Positions 61,716 to 64,000 of a DNA stretch of 64,000 nt are shown here, in pieces. Location: contig NC_045699.1 of NCBI RefSeq assembly GCF_009834535.1, forward strand, positions 67,642,001 to 67,706,000, given 5' to 3'. Every line of letters begins with the position of its first letter. Position 1 is the first letter of the stretch. Made by a program: the position numbers and the translations under genes. The DNA is from Camelus ferus (lineage: Eukaryota). Under the pieces are notes generated by a model. The model did not search any database and was not told where the DNA came from. It saw only the letters and a list, made by a program, of their open reading frames with translations.

Positions 61716-61835
61716 TAGGAGACCATGTGTGCTGGTTGGCCCCAGTTGAGACCTGGTGTCTTATTAATTATTAATAGCACTCTTTCTTATTCTCAAAAGT
61801 GTCCTGATTGGGTAACAAACTATATGATCCCCTTA
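61716..61835 (+). mobile_element. MER94 (hAT-Blackjack MITE) inserted in a MIR
   Basis: aattattaatagcactctttcttattctcaaaagtgtcctgattgg...tatatgatcccctta matches recalled MER94 consensus. Confidence 0.7.
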
Positions 61836-64000
61836 CCTGGGAGAGAGGTATTATCTTCATTTGCAGTGGAGGAAACCCAGGTCCAGAAAGGTTAGGTCAC
61901 TCCTAAGAGCCCTTGGAGTAAATAGTGGGATGGGATTCTGTTATCAACTGCAGGGTCCATGCCTTCACTTCTATCAAGATTGTCTCCCCAACCAGTATGA
62001 ATAAAAGGTGCCTGTCTGTCTGCTTGGCCAGGATGCGGATTACTTCTTAGTCACTCTTGACTGAAAAAGTAGAAAAGGCTTTCAGGTCAGCACAAGGGTG
62101 AGTCTTGTTGGATGTTAGAAACAGCTTCATGATCATCCAAGTGGTGAGACCCCAAAATGCGCATCTAGGATGAGCAGTGGTGTCCTCACCTTAGAAAACC
62201 TGGAGAAGGAACTGTGCACCACTTGTCCTGGGTGATTCACCGCCAGCCTGGAGGCCAGGGAGGGAATAGCCGCATCTCCAACTGCCATCCCCTCCCGGCC
62301 TAGGATCCTGTGACTCACCCCCACCAGAAGGCAGTGTGGGCACCCAGGGAGTCTGGGGCTGATTCCCAGACTCTGCCAGTTCAGCTCTTATTAGACCTTC
62401 AAATGAGCCATTTGTCCATCCATCTTGCCTTCCATCCATTTAGCCTTCCCAGCCAGCCAGCCATTGTGTGTTGCTCCAGCCTGGGTCTAGCCCTGTCATG
62501 AGTGATGGGAACACAGGCATGAGCCAGAGGCAGGTAGGGTAGGACCAGACAGATGTGCCTAGAAGAGTGACTGTGGAGAGTTGACTCTGCCTGATGACTC
62601 TGCCCCTGTGCTCCTGCCACTGGTGCGTTGTTGGCTCCAGGGCAGGGCTGAGTTCATGGTGGAGGCGGTTGTGGTCATACTGTGAGATCACAGGGCAAGA
62701 GGGGATGTGGTTAGGCAGTGGGGAGCTGGTTGCCTTTGCCAGGAGGACAAGGATTCTGCTATCTCTTTTTCACAGTGCATTATTTGGGAACCATTTTGAG
62801 ATTCCCCCAAAGCCTATGCACTGAGCCCTTTGTGCCAGGAGCCTCGGCCAGCACAGCAGAGGCGGGAAAGTCTGCAGAAGCCATTTCAGAGCCTGGCTCC
62901 TGAGTTGGCTGCTGCATTTCCGGCAGTGCCTGGAGTGCTCTGGAGCCCTGGAACTGGAGAAGCCTCAGGCGAGATGGAGAAGCCAGGGATGGGGTGGACA
63001 GTGCTGCCCCAGGGCGGCTTCCTGGGAAATCCAGACCTTGCCTGGATCTGCTCTTCTGGGCCAGGCTGAGTGGTTGGCACCAAGGCCACCTCGGCCTGTT
63101 GGCAGGGCTCATCCCTTGAGCGCTTGGCCAAGCGCTTTGGGCCTACCTCGCTGATCCCAGTAACTCTGTAAGGCAGGGGCTACAGTTATCCCCATTTCAC
63201 AGATGAGGAATCCGAGATAAGAGATGAAGTCTTGCCCAGGCCACAGAGCTCCCGAGTGTGGAACTGGGCTTGGAACCAGGTGTGTTGACTCCAGAGCCAG
63301 CTCTCTTCCTGACACCGTACCCAGCCCCCTGCCCTCCACATCATGTGCAGCTCCACACTGAACTCATATCTGGTCGTGTCAGTGTCCTGCTTGAAAACAG
63401 AGCCCATGTTGTCATGCCTCCCTGCCTCTGCACATGCTGTTCTTTCTGCCTCAGCACCTTCCCTGGGTCCTGCCTGATGCCTGCCTGCCTTCCTTGCTGA
63501 GTTGACCTCATCAGTCTGCTTCTCTGAGAAGCCAGCGGTTCTCAGTGAGGACCCCTCCCTCCTCCAGCACGCAGGAGCAGCCGTGGCTGCTGCCATCACA
63601 GCACCCGAGACACACAGGAGACACACAGCTCGTACTCATCTGGTTCTCTCCCCTCGGACTGCGAGCTTCTTCAAGGCGGGCTCAGGGCGGTTTCCCCTCT
63701 GAATAGCCAATAGCCAGGATGGCACCTGGGTGACTAAATAGGAATTCAAGGATTTAATTGAGCATTTCCCCTATGTCAGCCACTGTGCTGGGGGCTGGAG
63801 ATGGAGCAGGAGCAAGGTGGCTCCCTGCCCTCAAGGGGCCACAGGTGTTGGTGAGACAGAGACCAGGTATCAGGGCCCTGATGGGGCGGCTCAGGGGGCT
63901 GGGGGCACCTAATCCAGCCAGGCGGAGCAGTGTGGCGCCTGAGGTTAAGAGGCATTTTGTCTGGCTTTGAGACGCCCTTCCCTCCTTTTATTCGTTCAGC

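Noticed and set aside
55156-64000. Search for ANGPTL2 non-coding exon 1 and promoter
   Set aside because: No segment resembled the recalled exon 1 and no CpG-island promoter was seen; it probably lies beyond the window end.
1-64000. General enrichment of CACGTG E-boxes (about 20 noted by eye)
   Set aside because: This is close to the naive random expectation for 64 kb. Only the extended palindromes and the tight cluster were kept.
1-64000. Remaining 60-200 aa ORFs in the six-frame track, and any CRISPR, rRNA or prokaryotic-type system
   Set aside because: The ORFs lack recognisable domains or splice support, and many overlap repeats or N gaps. No spaced direct-repeat array or rRNA similarity was seen.

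Overview
Mammalian genomic DNA, GC-rich, with three sized N gaps. A tRNA-Ala-derived SINE and no recognisable Alu, B1/B2, Bov-tA, PRE-1 or CAN-SINE copies suggest a camelid; this is an inference. Two genes overlap on opposite strands. On the + strand are three internal coding exons of RALGPS1, the Ral GEF RasGEF/CDC25 domain (588-677, 3399-3491, 17270-17396), followed by a very long intron that runs out of the window. Nested antisense in that intron is ANGPTL2, with coding exons at 54290-55106, 40687-~40880 (mostly inside an N gap), 38686-38956 and 36219-36418. These sum to 1482 nt, or 493 aa plus stop, if the gapped exon is 194 nt. Its 3' UTR runs to a poly(A) signal at 34694-34699, and its non-coding first exon was not found in the window. 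The rest is intronic, with ancient repeats (MIR, L2, L1/HAL1, MLT1D, MER2, MER5A1, MER94 and a hAT transposase remnant). The nesting itself is known, and I found no convincing wholly new gene system. The best unexplained signals are: (i) a duplicated ~100-bp intronic element whose two copies keep the same RNA hairpin through G-U wobbles, one copy lying inside a candidate RALGPS1 poison exon; (ii) a compact Pumilio + miR-204/211 + CPE + hexamer/miR-25 module at the ANGPTL2 3' end, which tandem proximal poly(A) signals could remove. All regulatory calls are motif-level hypotheses made by eye.
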